Shown here: positions 15,525 through 30,405 of the stretch, piece after piece | Layout: every line of letters begins with the position of its first letter | Position numbering within the stretch: the stretch's first letter is position 1 | Origin: Eledone cirrhosa | Taxonomy: Eukaryota | Length of the DNA: 64,000 bases | NCBI GenBank assembly: GCA_964016885.1 | Contig: OZ024743.1 | Coordinates: 337,900,001 to 337,964,000 of the forward strand | Reading direction: 5' to 3' | Position numbers and translations under genes: made by a program | Notes under the pieces: model-generated | What the model was told of the DNA's origin: nothing | Seen by the model: the letters and a program-made list of their open reading frames with translations, nothing else | Databases searched by the model: none

Positions 15525-16243
15525 GATGAATATAAGTCAGTAGAGTGCTCAACCGAAGGAGCCAAATAGTAATAATAATAAAATTGAAGACTAAAATCCA
15601 GAGAGGGCTCGATAAGGAAAATATATATCAAATATATAAGAACCGAAGAGCAAATATTTATTAAAATAACAGATTAAAGTTTAAGCAAAGAATCGCTGCT
15701 TTCACCCTTAACGGGATCTTCTGAAACTAACAAAGTCAATCTGTAAACGCAGAACTGGATATTTCAAAAAACGTTGCAACCGGAGGAAGACAGGAAGACG
15801 ATACTTTGGTTCATGGTGACGTTCGCTGGCAAAGAACGGGAAAAAAAAACGAATAATACGTCATTAATAGGAGCGGTGAAAAACAATTACGTGCAAGGAC
15901 AGAACCACGTTTATGGTATAAAAGAGGTCGTAGACTAATGTTCTCTAAGTGGTGCATAGAGACGTTCTCTGGCAATGAACGAAAAAACGAAGATAATAAG
16001 TCATATGTGGAGCGTGGAGAACAATAGCGTGCAAAGACAAAACCACGTAAATGGTATAGCAGAAATCGTAGACTAAAATTCTAACTAGGAGACCGAATGA
16101 ATCTCCGCGGTGAACGCAGCGATTCTTTGCTTAAACTTTAATCTGTTATTTTAATAAATATTTGCTCTTCGGTTCTTATATATTTGATATATATTTTCCT
16201 TATCGAGCCCTCTCTGAATTTTAGTCTTCAATTTTATTATTAT

Positions 16244-16311
<68 letters not shown>

Positions 16312-16379
16312 GTATATGTATGTGTGTATGTACATATATACATATATTTATACATATACGTATGTGCCTGTTACTCCAC

Positions 16380-16575
16380 TCTTCTCAGCTAGCGAACATT
16401 TGAGTAGTATCTGTTATTCAAAAGACATGACTCGTCCCATATCGTGTCATGCTGAATGTTTCTACAAACTGCGCTAAAGGTACAGGTGTTTGTGGAATGC
16501 TCAGTTGTTTTCATGTAAAATTAAAGAGCATGCTGTTGCGTTGATCAAATGACTAAAACACTCTTTAACCGAGCC
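16380..16575 (+). mobile_element. Second SINE-like dispersed repeat
   Basis: Similar to ~49800-50010 (gtgtca.gctgaat...gg.aca.gtgt.tgtggaatgct) and, inverted, to ~55270-55380. Confidence 0.5.
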
Positions 16576-16591
16576 AACGAAGGTCTAACAA

Positions 16592-16915
16592 ATCGAGGTA
16601 AACTCAAGAGGTTTTGAGACTTCATCAGAGAGATATTTATTTAACTCAGATCAACACAAAACTTTAGTCTCCCTCAAATTAGGATCATCCAACTTCAATG
16701 CAATTGTAGCATTCCAACCACTTCTGGAAGACCCCCTTATAATCCTTCAAACTGAAGGTGTCCAGGGCGCTTGTCACAGCCTCCTTCATCTCCTCCACAT
16801 CCTCAAAGCGGATACCCCTGAGCTTCTCCTTCAATTTCGGGAGCATCCAGATGTCGCAAGGGGCTAAATCTGTACTGTAGGGGGGATGAGGGACAGTTTT
16901 AAACCCCATATCGGT
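16592..16915 (-). mobile_element. mariner transposase C-terminal fragment with terminal inverted repeat
   Basis: HPPYSTDLAPCD matches the mariner YSPDLAPxD motif. Terminus cgaggtaaactcaagaggttttgagact resembles tacgaggtacactcaagaagttttgagact at 62310-62339. Confidence 0.85.
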
Positions 16916-17837
16916 CGTGTAGAGGTTCAGAACACCTTAAAAGCCTGAAAAACCTTCTGACCTGATTACGTGCTCTCTTCCGACTCAACATACAAAGAAA
17001 ATTTAATGACGAGCTCTCATATACGCCAATTTTGTGATTTTTATCCAACTTTCATCAAATTTTCTTAAGAGCAAAGTTTTTCTCTGTACAACCAGTTTCT
17101 TCCTCAAGTGATACTTGAATATGTTGATACGGTCATGAGGGTTTGAGGGAGTAAACAGTGTTTCGCAATCAAGTCCTTCATGCACGTTTACTACTAATCA
17201 TCTTTTGCCATACCTATCACGCAGAATAAATCTGCTGGCCCTACTCTGTCAAAGAATGGTGGTGAGGCAATCTTTAATAGAGATACATCTGACAACTGGA
17301 TTCGTTCTCCATCTGATAACATATTTAGGACATCAAGGGATGAGGAGTACCCACCCTCCCCAACAAAAAAATTGCAGGCTTTATATATGGAGGGGCATCA
17401 GAATTTGTCAGGTAACCAATGTTTAAATACTGAATGAACCATGTTTTCATTGCTCTCCGTGTATCTCGATCAGGTCGACAAACTTTAGAGAGAAACAAAA
17501 ATAAACAATCAGCAAATTTGGCTCCTTGCAGTGGCTGAACAAGGGTATGAATGCCTCACGAAGATTGTATTTTTAATGTAGTTTTTGTTAAGTGTTGAGC
17601 ATTAGAGATCGTCAAGGGAGATCATCAGTGGAAGGATAAAAAGCGGAAATGATTGATGGAATGGTTTCAAATCTGATGTTGATGGCAGTGAGGATGATAC
17701 AGTAGATACCGAGTTGGCTTTCGGTAATACCGTCAGTGATGATTTTTTTATGTTCCAGAATGTTGTACACCCACAGAAATCTGATAGGGAGTCAGCGAAA
17801 AAAAATCTGAAGTTATCGGAATGATGAATTACTAAAT

Positions 17838-17900
<63 letters not shown>

Positions 17901-17929
17901 TATAAATACACTTACAAACTCAGACATAA

Positions 17930-17968
<39 letters not shown>

Positions 17969-18097
17969 CAGAGAGAGAGAAAGAGAGAAAGAAAGAGAGA
18001 CATATACGAGTATATCTACACACATTACAAAACACGTTGCTAATCTATATCTATGTTTATATAAATATGTGTGCATATATGTATGTAATTGTAATGA

Positions 18098-18140
<43 letters not shown>

Positions 18141-18165
18141 CCACGAACATGTGCACACACACGCA

Positions 18166-18200
<35 letters not shown>

Positions 18201-18201
18201 G

Positions 18202-18266
<65 letters not shown>

Positions 18267-18281
18267 GTATGTATATATATG

Positions 18282-18355
<74 letters not shown>

Positions 18356-18411
18356 CATATGTATATATATGTATATATATGTATACATATGCACGAACAT
18401 GTGCACATACA

Positions 18412-18548
<137 letters not shown>

Positions 18549-19429
18549 CAGAGAAAGATAAAAACAGGTTAGTGAGAGATAGAAAGGAAAAGGGGAGAAG
18601 GTGGCTGAGGAAGGAAAGGAGAAATAAGAGATTAAGAGATGAGAATGATCCAACTAAAAATAAATACAACAATAATAATAATAATAATAATATAACAATA
18701 CAAACAATAATGTAGGTAGTAAATACGGAAAAAGTATCGAGGTTAAGGCAAGTTGATGAGTAACTTTAGGAAGGAAAACCATCTTCTGCTGGAATACTTA
18801 GTATGCCAGGGCCCTTAACTCCTGGTGAACTACTTTCTTTGCAGGAGGACCATAATGGAAGAAGAAGAAGAAGAAGAAGAAGAAGAAGAAGAAGAAGAAG
18901 AAGAAGAAGAAGAAGAAGGATGGATTGTCGTAGTCCTAAAGACTAAGTATGTAAATACGTCTGTCTGTCTATTATGTATATATGGTATGTATGTATGTAT
19001 GTATGTATGTATGTATGTATGTATGTATGTATGTATGTATGTATGTATGTATGTATGTATAGGCCTGTAACTTATGATGGAGTCGTAGGGATGCCATGGT
19101 TATAAGTGATGTGTCTTAGGCACTTTAAACTTGGCGCAACCAGGTGAGAGAGAGAGGGGGAGGAGAGAATCGACCGCAGTAGCGAAGTCGTGCGTTTTAG
19201 GGCCTGAAATAAAGAAAGACAAAGCTGACCTCGGTGGGTTTTTGAGATCAGGGCAGAGAGAGCTGGACTTAATACCGCAAAGCATGATATTCGATATTCT
19301 AACAACTCGCTATACCCCATACTGTCAATTCACTATACCCCAAAAGATTATAATGACCCCATATATAAAGTCTGCAAAAACAAGTTTTTTGTGGAGTTGG
19401 GGAGAATGACAAATACATTAAATTTGAAT

Positions 19430-19960
19430 TAATTGATGCCCCTCTTCCTTTGATTCCAAAAGCATGGGCCTATTTTATTGAATGGTCATTCCAACTTTGG
19501 ACCTGTAGGACTGTCGAACAACTGTTATGGGATATAAAAAAATATCCGGTTGTCGAATGCGTCCTTTATAAAGATAGCCGCAGTACAAAAGTACTTCAAC
19601 ACTTTATCAGAGAAACAATTCATACCCGAGTCAACATCCTCCGAGAGAGAATGTTAAGTTTTCATAATGTCTGTGAGTTCATGCCAGAGATAAAATACTT
19701 CCTTCAGCTGTTCTCTTGATATGGTGCTTTTGTAATTTTTATCCTCTTCTTCCTCAGATTTATGTCCCTGTTGCGAGAATTTAGCTTCGGCCTGATGTAA
19801 CACCCTAAGGTCATCGTTACAAATTATCTTTCCTGCTTCTCAACTAAATACTTTATGTCGTCTAACATTCACCTCGAGTCTCACAGACCTGTCCAAACAT
19901 AAAATTCCTCAACTACAGGTTCTCTCTCCAACATTTCAAAGACCGTTTATTTTTAGAGAA
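19430..19960 (-). mobile_element. Highly degraded CR1/L2-like LINE RT 3' fragment
   Basis: Broken minus-strand translations (e.g. YIRPKL..) resemble the CR1 RT C-terminus; many stops. Confidence 0.3.
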
Positions 19961-20377
19961 ACTGTTCGTTACGATGTATAGATTTATATAATGGTTTTAC
20001 CCATTGGTAAACAGCCTAACATAAATGATATAAATATATATATATACGGAAAAATGAAACGAAATTTCATTTCTCACTCTTAGTACGGCTGTTACTTAAA
20101 TATAAGTATGTATACGTACATATATATGTATACAGACGTACAGTAGTATGTATATATATATACATACATGCACACATATATATATGTACGTATGGATTCA
20201 CCGAACATTTATTATAATGCTCCGTGTGTTTGTAAACAAACATCCCGAATTAAGCCGTACAGTGTCTAGCAACCATCGTTGCTCTTTTGTTCAACACTGA
20301 CAAAGGAACGCTGTACTAGTTTCAAGCTTATTAGCTATCGTCAGCAACGTATACCTTCCTGCCAGATGATTGAACGT

Positions 20378-20935
20378 TCTTCTTCTTCTTCTTCTTCTTC
20401 TTCTTCTTCTTCTTCTTCTTCTTCTTCTTCTTCTTCTTCTTCTTCTTCTTTGCCCTCTTATTCCTGTCAGAAACAATCGACTCCAATTGATCTGGCTTAG
20501 TCCCCAAGCGAGACCAGCTCTTCTGCCTGTTGGTTTTGCCTATAAAATTTGTCCAGCGAATCTTTCCTGGGACATTCTAACCAAATGTCCGTATAATATG
20601 AACTGTGATCTCTCAATTCAGAATAGTGGCTCTCCATGGAGCGAATCTCTGATTCAGAGCTACGCATAATATCGAGTAACGTTCGTAGGAACCCCTTCGA
20701 AGGAACCCCATTTCGGCCGCTGGCGACCTGTGTGGTTTTCGCCCCGGACGCAGCACGGCCGACGAAATATTCACACTTCGGCAGGTCTTTGAGAAATCGT
20801 GGGAGTAAAGGCAAATGATCTCTTTCCATGGGACCTCTTGTGGAAGGTTCTGACGTAATATTTGTGTTCAGATAAATGGTGCTTAGTCGAAATATCAACC
20901 CACTATACTGTTACAACGAGGGCGAACTTCATCAG
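20378..20935 (-). mobile_element. RTE-like LINE 3' fragment with (GAA)n tail
   Basis: Frameshifted translation TLLDIMRSSE..IRDSLHGEPLF*IERSQ..YGHLVRMSQERFAGQIL*AKPTGRR resembles the RTE C-terminus. (TTC)n tail at 20378-20450; homologous fragment at ~62609-63035. Confidence 0.7.
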
Positions 20936-20936
20936 G

Positions 20937-21022
<86 letters not shown>

Positions 21023-21025
<3 letters not shown>

Positions 21026-21891
21026 CATTCCAATAACTTTAATAAAAGACCTAGATACAAAAACATAATCTGGTATAATGCTCCTTTCTCCATCTCTATT
21101 AATAATATTCCTAAATTATTCTTTAGTGCCTTAAATAAATGCTTCCCTCCCTCACATATCCATAGTAAAATATTTAACAAACACACTATAAAATTTTCCT
21201 ATTCGACATCCTCCAACATTTCCAACATTATCTCTAAACACAACAATAAAATACTAAATACTAAATCTCTTCCTTCCAACACTGAATATCATAATAATAG
21301 TAATAGTACTCCCGACGTCATTGTAAACCCTAGGCTAATTTCTGCAAACCCAAATACAACGTCAAACACAACTTCGCTAAATGTTCTTAATCCCATTCTA
21401 AATCAAGAAACTATTATTCCTATCGCAAATAACTTCTCCAATCCAATTCCTTCTATAGAAAACACTAGGTCACTCGTTAATAATCTCTCTAATCGCAATT
21501 GCAATTGCCCTGCTAAAAATAAATGTCCTCTCAACAACCATTGTCTTGATAAAAACTTAATTTACGAATGTAAAGTTATAACTGACACCAATTCCTTCAC
21601 CTATTTTGGCTCCACTTCCACCTCCTTTAAAGCTCGTCTTTATAATCATCATTCGTCTTTTAAATATAAACTTAAAAGAACCAACACGGCTCTCTCAGAA
21701 CTCATATGGTCCTTGAAAGACAAAAATATTAAATATAACATCTCTTGGAAAAAGGTTTCCTCTACTTGAACAGTTCTCTATCCAAGACTTGAAATCTCTG
21801 TCTGAATGAAAAATTTACCATTATATCTAATTTAGATTCTATAATAAATAGACGCACTGACTTTATCAATTCAGAATCCTTTTCTCAAAGG

Positions 21892-21934
<43 letters not shown>

Positions 21935-22909
21935 TTCTTTAAAAATATACCCATCTTTCTACCTTATTTCAAAGTTATTTATCATATTCTATATCATTCC
22001 TATTCATCACTTCCCTTTCTTCCTTTTCCTTTTCTTTTCTTTTTCTTTTAATTTCTAACCCCTAATCTGTACCTTTTCTCACTGTGCCTAACATAGAAAC
22101 AATTATTACACAATACACTATATTCTTACTTTATATCACCTTGAAAAAATCCTTCGTAAACATAAACATTTTTTTTGACGTTAGATTATTCATCCTCTAT
22201 TCATTATTTTTTTCTCACTTTCATCTAACTTATTCATGCTCATCTCACAATATATCCTTACTTACATTACTTCTGTTTTTTTAATAATACATATCAACAT
22301 TTTCTTTCCATCGCACATATTATTAAACCCTTAATATTATTCTTAATACATATTAACATTTTCTTTCCATCGCACATATTATTAAACCCTTAAATATTAT
22401 TCATAATACATATTAACAATTTCTTTTCATCGCACATATTATTAAACCCTTCAATATACAAACCTTAACTTTACATTATTTTTCTCTTCGTTAATTTTCA
22501 AATTCTTTTAATTTATACATTATCTTCCAACGGTTTTTCAACCTCTCTATGTAAAACAATATATTTTTCTCAGTTATAAAAGCTATCTCTCTCTCTCTAT
22601 CACCCATCTCTCCTCCTATCTCATCCTTCCTCATTATACTCCTCCACCTCCACTTTTTACTCTCATCTCCTCCTCTTTTTCATCCTTTCCACCCCCCCCC
22701 CCTCAAAAAAAATTTCCCCAATATCACACATCAATCTAAAACTACTTTTCATATGTTGATTTAAAACTGCACTATCCACAAGTGTTTTTTAACCTTCATA
22801 TCATGTCCTATTTTATCTGATGAAAACACAAATGTTATTGCATGATGATATTTGTTTTTGAAATGCGCATAATAAAATACATGGAACTCATTTAACCATC
22901 TTTTGATCT

Positions 22910-22917
<8 letters not shown>
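21023..22917 (+). mobile_element. 5'-truncated PLE (PLE3): thumb, Cys linker and GIY-YIG remnant, long 3' UTR, terminal HHR
   Basis: IIWYNAPFS..CFPPSH..SKIFNKHTIKFSYS..CNCPAKNKCPLNNHC..IYEC..YFG..FKARLYNH is homologous to PLE1. ~57-bp tandem repeats at ~22285-22455. Confidence 0.85.
22809..22879 (+). ncRNA. Type I hammerhead ribozyme
   Basis: uauuuuau-CUGAUGA-aaacacaaau..auuuguuuuu-GAAA-ugcgca-UA-auaaaaua. Second copy on the minus strand at ~35061-35131. Confidence 0.82.
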
Positions 22918-22974
<57 letters not shown>

Positions 22975-23012
22975 TATATATATATATGAGTGTGTGGTTG
23001 TGTGTGTGTGTT

Positions 23013-23044
<32 letters not shown>

Positions 23045-23347
23045 TATATATATATACACACACACACATATATATATATACACACACATACATATATATA
23101 TATATACACACACACACAAACACACACTCGTATATATGTATATATATATTTAAGTTAACGAGATATCGTTTAAGGTAATTCAAGTAATAAGTATTCTGAA
23201 GATTTGGTTGGGTATCAACTGTAATTACAATCGAGTGACGTAGCATGTTACGACAGCGGTTTTGAGACACACCGGACGAATGAAACATTTGTTAATACTT
23301 TGAATAAACCTTATTGTACAGCCGATTTATGTTATTCTTCACTCATT

Positions 23348-24400
<1,053 letters not shown>

Positions 24401-24640
24401 GAATGAGTTTTAAAGTAGTGACTATGTCACTTGATTATTTTCGGCGAAGTACATATACATATATATATACATATATATATATATGTTTAAAAAAATGTAT
24501 ATCATACACAAAACGCCAGCAGCAAGTTTTCCTAGAGATGTCAACATGAATGGACTTGTTTTTCTCTAAAAAAAAATTTTCCGTTTTCGCCCTGCACGTC
24601 GCCTCAATCTTTCTATTTCTTCTTTAATTTCTCATGCTTT

Positions 24641-24674
24641 CTTCTGATGAAGGAGCATCGTCCGAAACGTTAAG
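24641..24674 (+). ncRNA. Minimal type I hammerhead ribozyme
   Basis: cuu-CUGAUGA-aggagcaucgucc-GAAA-cg-UU-aag. A better-paired relative lies on the minus strand at 32992-33027 (ucuu-CUGAUGA-aggacuagcgucc-GAAA-cg-UU-aaga). Confidence 0.7.
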
Positions 24675-24853
24675 TCTCTCTTCCTGCTATTTCAAGCGTT
24701 AAACTAATATATTCTTTGTACCGTGCCGTTAGTTTTGCTATTTTTGTTATTTCTGCTTCTCTTTCACATACATACATACATATTTATATATATATATATA
24801 TATATACATATATATTCATGTATATATATATATATATATAAATATATAAACAT

Positions 24854-24929
<76 letters not shown>

Positions 24930-25077
24930 TAACCTTCTACCATCTACAAACTGACCAATCAGAATCAAGACTATTCCTGCTGACAACATCAAAATATTCC
25001 TAACAAGCTCATATATCCCAAGGCTCTGATATCATCAACACTATACACACAGAGCTGGCATATCTAAGAACTGACTA

Positions 25078-25132
25078 ACTGCCTGATGAGGTCATAGCCA
25101 TTCAAGGCTATCATCGAAATATATATAGCAGT
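25078..25132 (+). ncRNA. Type I hammerhead ribozyme
   Basis: acugc-CUGAUGA-ggucauagccauucaaggcuaucauc-GAAA-uauaua-UA-gcagu. Copy at 40303-40358; diverged relative at ~25873-25927 (core GUGAAGA). Confidence 0.8.
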
Positions 25133-25173
25133 AAATAAAGGATTATGAGTTCATGCAATTGACTTATGTTTCG

Positions 25174-25249
<76 letters not shown>

Positions 25250-25392
25250 GATAAATCTACCAAGAGTTTACGGTAGTGTCCAATCCGCATGATTGTAGAT
25301 AAATCTACCAAGAGTTTACGGTAGTGTCCAATCCGTATATTATTTTGTTTAATATAAGGAACTGTTTGATTGTTTTATTCATTATTTTTTTA

Positions 25393-25429
<37 letters not shown>

Positions 25430-25749
25430 ATACTTTGGGAGGGTCATGTTGCCAATATATATGTATATATATATGTATATATATATATATATATATTTAG
25501 GAGCCGCAGAAACCCAAATACTGGATTTTACCAACCTTCCAGGGGTCCGGGTAAATTTTCAATACCCGAATTACTTGATCGTTTTTTTTTTGCCTATGCG
25601 AATGATTGTTTAACCATCGTCTCAGTGTGTTTGGCCTTTAACGTTTGTTATAGCTCTGGTTCATCTGAATCATTGAGCACTTGCCGCACATCTCGGAGGT
25701 TGATTTTCGTTATTTCGTGGGCCGAAATGCGAATCTCGATAATTTATGT

Positions 25750-25833
<84 letters not shown>

Positions 25834-25972
25834 AGTATATGTTGGTTGTATACCAACACCACACTAATTCGGACTGCGTGAAGAGGTCACAGCCAAAGAT
25901 GGCTGTCACTGAAAGATATATAGCAGTAATAAACGAACCTAAATTTAAAACATTTGACTTTTTATTTCACTT

Positions 25973-26179
<207 letters not shown>

Positions 26180-26473
26180 GCATTAGATGCTGGTTAGTGT
26201 CTAGAATGACATTGCTAATTGTTATCTGATCTTCGTATCGTATTGGTGTTCTGTCAGTGATAACATTAAATAAGTGTGAAATGTTTGATAATTTGCAGAT
26301 CTAGTTTACCGTGCACGTCTCAATTATTTATAATACGGCAGAAGATTTTAGGAGGCGGAGACAGGAATTTGATAAGCGTGTTGTTTTAATTGGGAGGGTT
26401 ACTTTAAATTCGTGTCATATATCTATATAATCTATATTAATCTATATATATACACACACACACACGCACACGC

Positions 26474-26544
<71 letters not shown>

Positions 26545-27167
26545 AATGTAAGGCTTTTTAAAATGTCCCACACGGGTAAAAATATAAAGAAAATAAATTG
26601 AAAATTCATAAATTGAAAAGAATATTTATTTACTTTACCGGTTTCACTGTTATTATGATTTTCAAATAAAATTGAGATGGAGAGTTTGTGTTTCAGTTGT
26701 AGTTTGTTTCGCATTTAGTTGGAGTTCGAACATTATTCTGTTTTATACGAAAAAATTGGCTGATTGCTATTTCTTTAAAATGTAATTTGGTTTATTTATG
26801 ACTGTCTCGTGATTAGGTACAATACATTTGGCGCCAGAAAGAAATGGCTCAAAATTGTATTTACCATTTTATTTGTTGGTAACAGTAATTTTTGCACCAA
26901 AAATAGATAGTCAGACTCACGTGATTAGGCATAGAAAAGGGGTGGTCAGAAAATGAGACAAGAGAAGAAGAATTGGAGTGTTCTGGTTCAGTGAGTATGG
27001 CTGATGTGCTGGGGAATGTTAGATTTTAAAAGTTGTTAAATCTACTTCAATAGATATTCTGAAATTTGCCAGAGAGAGCGGGGGAGAGAGGGAGACAGAA
27101 AGAGAAAGAGAGAAGTGGGAGAGAGGCGCACATGCACACACTGATCCACATGGATATGTTTATAATA

Positions 27168-27330
27168 ACTGTTTCTACTTTAGGCACAAGGCCAGCAATT
27201 AACCAGTGTATTACTGGTACTTTATTTTATCGACCCTGTAAGGATGAAAGGCAAAGTCAACCTCGGCGGGATTTGAACTCAGATCGTAAAGGGACGTAAC
27301 TATGCTGGAAAGCATGGCATCCGACTCTAT
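27168..27330 (-). mobile_element. SINE
   Basis: Reverse complement of the SINE core including ggatttgaactcaga (B box). Confidence 0.7.
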
Positions 27331-28347
27331 AACGACACACAATTGTGTTTCTAGGAATTAATTGCATTTGAAAAATAAAATCTGAACATTTCTTAACAGA
27401 GAAATAATATATAGAAATGAGAAATTATTATTTAACCACGATATTCACAACCGTGACACAGAATATGTAAAGCTAGGAAGTGCATATAATAAGTTTAAAT
27501 ATCCCTGGATTCGAAAGCGCATAGAATATTACAAATTAGGTAACCATGTACAGATTTAACCCACACGTGGAGTTATATTATTATTATTCAAATTATAAAG
27601 AAAATATGTTTCGATGCAGAATTTATCAAAGAACTCCAGAAATGGAAAGATTATAGCAATATAAATTAATATAATGTTATTTAGACTAATCATTATTTCT
27701 GTTCAGTGTTTCTCTCAGAAAGTCTGTGCGAAAACCTTTCCCGAAAAGATGGCTTTAACCGAAGCCCCGGGAACCTCATCTCCCAAAGGCATAACAAATT
27801 AAGCAATGTATTAGGATTCATACACACAAAATTTCATTGCAACCAAAGGTTAGGTGAGGAAAATGAGAAACAAAGTGATAAAGGATAGTGAACACCGAAA
27901 TTTAAAGATATTCTCTTTGGAAAATAACTTGGGGAAATATGTAAATATATAAAGCTTAGAGTTACATTAAGTGTGGGGAGAAGGTAAAAATAAGATAAGA
28001 TGGGGAACGTGACAGCGGTTTTCTGTACGTGGTTAAAAAAATAATATGTCTTCAATATGGTGGGGTACTTATAAAGAAGATGAATGATGTACTGAGAGAT
28101 GTGGCTGAGAATATTATAATAATAGGTTATGAGTGTGAGCTTGTAAGGTATTTCTAAAGTGGATTGTCTACGTTTATCTGTGCAGAGTGTCTGGGCGATA
28201 TTGTTCCTAATTTACCCCTCACGCTTTCTCGAGAGACATTTTCCCAAACTTCTCACATTTGCCAAATGATACGGTGTGACCTCTTCAATGTCACTTAAAT
28301 CATCATTCCATGGTGCTCCTCACTTTTTCCAAACTTCAATTGCAATG

Positions 28348-29444
<1,097 letters not shown>

Positions 29445-29719
29445 CACGTTCTATCAACGCCTTTATCACGACTTGAATGAACCTTTTTTTTCTCTAAGAA
29501 TTTTCTTTTTGTTTCTGCCACTGCTTACTCTCCTCTTCCTTTCTATTTCTTCTTTGATTTTTCATTCTATTTTCTGATGAGGAAATAATAGACAAAATAT
29601 ACCTATTTTTCCTTCAAAGTGCAAAGGTCGTTGCAAACGGATCGGTGAAACTGCAGTCGGGACTTTGAAGAAAATAAAAATATATTTTTGTCTATTATTT
29701 CCTCATATTTTGATATATA

Positions 29720-29837
<118 letters not shown>

Positions 29838-30240
29838 TGGGGGAGTGGTAGCTAGATAGACAGTTTCCTAGATAGTCCGACTCTTTTATATATTGGTAAT
29901 TGCAGAACAAACGTGTAATAAGTTATCTTGATAGTCGCTCTAATAAATCAAATAGATAATTCCAGAACCGTTTCTTCAATTCAGGGTTAATATCTCTAAC
30001 TTAACGAGCCGGGGATTGCCTTTCTGTGAAGAAGAGTTGAGATGAAGTGTGTGCGGCTTAAAGTTTAGATAAATACTATAGTACTAAAGTAGAGAATAAA
30101 ATATTGAAGTGATACCTTTGAAACATCATTCTGTTTCGTTCATAAGTATGAGGAAAACATCTCCAACACTGCTTTCTTATTGTATATCATGTTACTGAAC
30201 TTCAAGAATAAATTCAAACACATTGATATATATTTATTTC

Positions 30241-30309
<69 letters not shown>

Positions 30310-30357
30310 TTATTTCTGTATATATATATCTGTGTGTGTATATATATATATATATAC

Positions 30358-30400
<43 letters not shown>

Positions 30401-30405
<5 letters not shown>

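Larger units (their letters stand above)
12398..16248 (-). mobile_element. Full-length Penelope-like retroelement (PLE1), probably Hydra clade
   Basis: Near-identical ~450-bp direct pseudo-LTRs 12398-12849 and 15657-16107; inverted arm 16108-16248 is the reverse complement of 15567-15706; single RT+EN ORF; (TA)n on both sides. Confidence 0.93.

Noticed and set aside
16920-17830. Possible degraded piggyBac transposase (TGFVLHLITYLG)
   Set aside because: Only a weak short resemblance with many stops; no TIRs identified.
29570-29635. CUGAUGA followed by a hairpin
   Set aside because: No GAAA or stem I/III closure; at best a decayed HHR.
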